DNA from: Amoebidium appalachense
Lineage: Eukaryota; Protista; Ichthyosporea
Length of the DNA stretch: 64,000 nt
Assembly (NCBI GenBank): GCA_963693365.1
Contig: CAVNZM010000010.1
Coordinates: 7,999,794 to 8,063,793, forward strand
Direction of reading: 5' to 3'
Position 1 is the first letter of the stretch. Each line of letters opens with the position of its first letter. Below, in pieces: positions 53,401-64,000 of this stretch. The notes under the pieces are model-generated. The model saw only the letters and a program-made list of their open reading frames with translations. It made no database searches and was not told the DNA's origin. The position numbers and the translations under genes were made by a program.

Positions 53401-55114
53401 TCTTCCTAACATAGAGGGGGCTGTGTGCATTGCAACCCAAGCAGTGTTGTGCATTCGTTCTTGCATTTTCGTATTTCCAGTTCATTTTGCTTTCGTTTTT
53501 CGTTTTTTGTCGTTTGATAAATTCGTTACTTCGTTTTGTTTTCGTGTTGCATTCATTTCGTAATTCCTCTATGCATTCGTTTGTCGTTCATTCTTTATTT
53601 CATTGTGTATTCGTGATGGTTCGTTTTTCGTTGGTTCATTGCTTCGTTAGCAATTCTTTATTCGTTTGTTCGTGTATTCGTTGTTTCGTTGTGTATTCGT
53701 TTTTCTTCACATTTTTGATGTGTCGTAGCAAAAGAAGTTTTACATGCTTTCAATTCTTTCCGTGTAGGTGGGCTGGCCACTTCAAACTTGTAGGTGTATA
53801 TATTCTAAGCCGGACAAGGAAAGATGTGCCTATCATCGGGGTAAAAAGGATTGTGATCGGCCATGGGAGATTCTTGAGCTGATTGAAAGATGTGAGATTC
53901 TTGAACTGATTGAAAGATGTGAGATTCGAAGGATGCGAGATTCTTGAACTGCGCGGTCGCCAATGTAAACAGTTGGCAATGTAAAACAGTGTCCTGCCGC
54001 GGTCGCCAATGTAAACAGTTGGACTAGTTAGGATAAGGCAGAGTACAACTGAATCAAAATAAAGACAGAGAACGGGTAGAAAGGCACACGCGGCCAGGTT
54101 GCTTTTACTATGGGCCGACTCAGTCTGTCTCAGACTTCACTGATGTGATCCCCGTACTGGGACGGCTTTCTTATATAGCCCCCAGGTTTCGGATCAAGGC
54201 CCAGGATTGGTTCATCCGCGGCCAGCGCGGGTGGCAACATGCCATTCGTGATTCTGGTGCGGTCCGAGCCAGTCAGACCTTTGTCCTATTTATGCAAACC
54301 TCTTATTGGTTCACTTCGTTTATGTGGTATGCAGCTGAAGAACCATATATGGTTCAATTCTTAGGTCAGAGTGAGTCCTATTGGTGCGGACATAATATTT
54401 ATGTGATATTCATGACAAAGCACGAATCGTGTGCTAGTAGATCACATTCTTTAGTAAACATGTACAGTTCATGTGTACAGTTGTTTACAGGCCCTGCGTC
54501 TGTGGGCTGCCCTGCTGCTTGGCAGCTCGTGCCTCCTGCGCTCGGGCGAGTTCACGTCGAAATCTGCGGCCAAGTTCAACCCCCTCCTTCACGCCAAGCG
54601 TCGCGACGTCCAGCTCCTATGGCAGGATGGCCGCCTGATTGGGGCAACAGTCTTCCTGCCGACATCTAAGACCGACCCCACGGGCAAGGGTGTTACCATC
54701 CGGGTGCCCGCCTTCCCGGAGGAGCCTTCCTTCTGCCCAGCAGCCAATCTAGCCCTCTTCCTGGGGGTCTCGTCAACCAGGGCAGGCATCCACCCAGATG
54801 CACCCCTGTTCAGCGTCGACGGCAGCCCTTACCTCAAGAGCACCTTCATCGCCGGTTTCCGCACAGCTCTACACCATGCGGGCTACGACCCCGACCGGTA
54901 CGCCGGCCACAGCCTGCGCATAGGGGGGGCCACTGCAGCTGAGAGAGCGGGCCTACCTGACGCCACCATCAAAGCCCTTGGCCGCTGGGCATCAGACGCA
55001 TTCATGGTCTACATCCGGCTGCCCCACCGCGACGTGCAAGCCTCCATTGCCACCGTCTGGTCACACCAGGGCCTCGCCACGGGACCTTGGGGCGGACCCC
55101 CTACATCGCAGTAG
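50423..55114 (+). pseudogene. Ngaro tyrosine recombinase, interrupted by a Gypsy (segments 50423-50920 and 54495-55114)
   Basis: Removing the Gypsy and one TSD restores SSLEALRLWAALL in frame; catalytic motifs LLRSGE, SKTD, HSLRIGGAT, LGRW.SDAFMVY. Confidence 0.92.
50921..54489 (-). mobile_element. Non-autonomous Ty3/Gypsy LTR retrotransposon
   Basis: 480-bp LTRs at 50921-51400 and 54010-54489 (TGTAAACA...TGTTTACA); TSD GGCCC; PPT at 51401-51411 (minus); PBS TGGCGACCGCGGCAGGA at 53992-54008 (minus, tRNA-Ser-like); RT remnant EEHL...GLKLKGKKCSLFMKEVAF at ~51915-52030. Confidence 0.92.
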
Positions 55115-55124
55115 GGGGGCCTTG

Positions 55125-55780
55125 TGGTGCGGGGGGGGCTCATGGCATGGACCCCCCCTGGCGGCCCCCGCCTCGGCCAGCCCCTTGGGTGCAGGCACGA
55201 CGGCCTGCACTCCACGGACACGGGGGGCATGAGGCAAGCACGAGTGAGTGATGTGAATGTACGTTTCATATGCGCAGCAGATGAAAGATGTTTCACGGAG
55301 CACTTCGGGCGCAGGCAGCCGGGCGGCCGATGACGTCACGGGCCGCGGCGCCAGGCGCAGCCGCAGCGGCGGCTGACATCGGTCTGGCGCAGCGCCTGAC
55401 GTCAGGCGCCACCAGCGCCGGTATTTCCGGCGCAGCACACTGCAGATGCAGGCCACCTTCGTTTTCGCCGTGTGCTGCACGTACGGTTTTTGTTAGCACG
55501 ATTGCGTTTTCGGTGGCTAGCACACGGCGGCTCCCACCCACCCACCTCTCAGTCTGTATACATGACGGTGTACGTATGCGACTGTGACTGGCTCACAGCC
55601 CGATTGCAGCGGCAATAAAGCATGTCGAGGCGGGGCCCAGCCCCGGCTGGTGCGGGGGGGGCTCATGGCATGGACCCCCCCTGGCGGCCCCCGCCTCGGC
55701 CAGCCCCTTGGGTGCAGGCACGACGGCCTGCACTCCACGGACACGGGGGGCATGAGGCAAGCACGAGTGAGTGATGTGAA
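55125..55780 (+). repeat. Ngaro 3' terminus: B1-A2-spacer-B2
   Basis: 133-bp B copies at 55125 and 55648 appear identical; A2 abuts B1 through a shared AA; unique 114-bp spacer at 55534-55647. Confidence 0.92.
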
Positions 55781-56066
55781 AAAAAGTTAATTAAAACTTT
55801 TATGTTCATGGTCCGGATTGCCATATTTGTCAACCAATTTGGCGCGCTTGCGACTGGCAACCAATCAATGTCTAGCGGCTTTTTTGAAAAATTCCGAAGC
55901 TCGGTTTATATATTTCATTTTTCCCTTGAACAGCTGTCGACTGTTGTACGGCCCAGTCCTGTTTAATGATTGAGAACACTTCCTTGGGCAAACGCGCCTC
56001 CACCACTTCACTCAGTGGGCTATCCATCTTCGGAACAGTTCCCCCTTCTGTGCAGATATACAGTAG

Positions 56067-63892
<7,826 letters not shown>

Positions 63893-64000
63893 GTAAGAGG
63901 GGGGGGGGGGGGGGGGGGGGGGGGGTTAGTTATGAGGCAACAGCAAGAAGAATTCTGTAGATGAAACCCTGTTATTTGAGTTTTCTTTTTTGCTGTTTGT

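Larger units (their letters stand above)
35267..55780 (+). mobile_element. Ngaro-type (DIRS order) tyrosine-recombinase retrotransposon with two nested insertions; native length ~5.7 kb
   Basis: Split direct repeats A1 35267-35544, B1 55125-55257, A2 55256-55533, B2 55648-55780; gene order gag, RT/RNase H, YR; no methyltransferase domain and no TSD. Confidence 0.92.

Overview
Eukaryotic genomic DNA, intron-rich and full of poly(C)/poly(G) and (CA)n/(GT)n tracts; the organism cannot be determined from sequence alone. Host genes: the 3' end of a P/Q/Y/G-rich protein gene (483-2237), tRNA-Glu(CTC), a spliced GHITM/MICS1 gene (15071-18781), an F-box/LRR gene (minus strand, 27789-29622) and the 5' part of a spliced bacterial-type FadH 2,4-dienoyl-CoA reductase (56112 to the window end). 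About half the window is nested mobile DNA. First, a decayed Penelope-like element, apparently with an N-terminal GIY-YIG, is split by a ~7.3-kb insert carrying the tRNA gene and an RT-deleted Copia. Second, an Ngaro-type tyrosine-recombinase retrotransposon (35267-55780, split direct repeats) has a recombinase that appears to need splicing. It contains an 11.3-kb TIR element inserted without TSD at AAA|TTT (Spy-like, with a ~183-bp satellite) and a non-autonomous Gypsy. A ~750-bp C-tailed repeat and shorter copies of its 3' end sit in poly(C) tracts. All calls come from reading motifs by eye, with no database searches. Homopolymer lengths may be unreliable, and most short ORFs in the supplied track are microsatellite artefacts.
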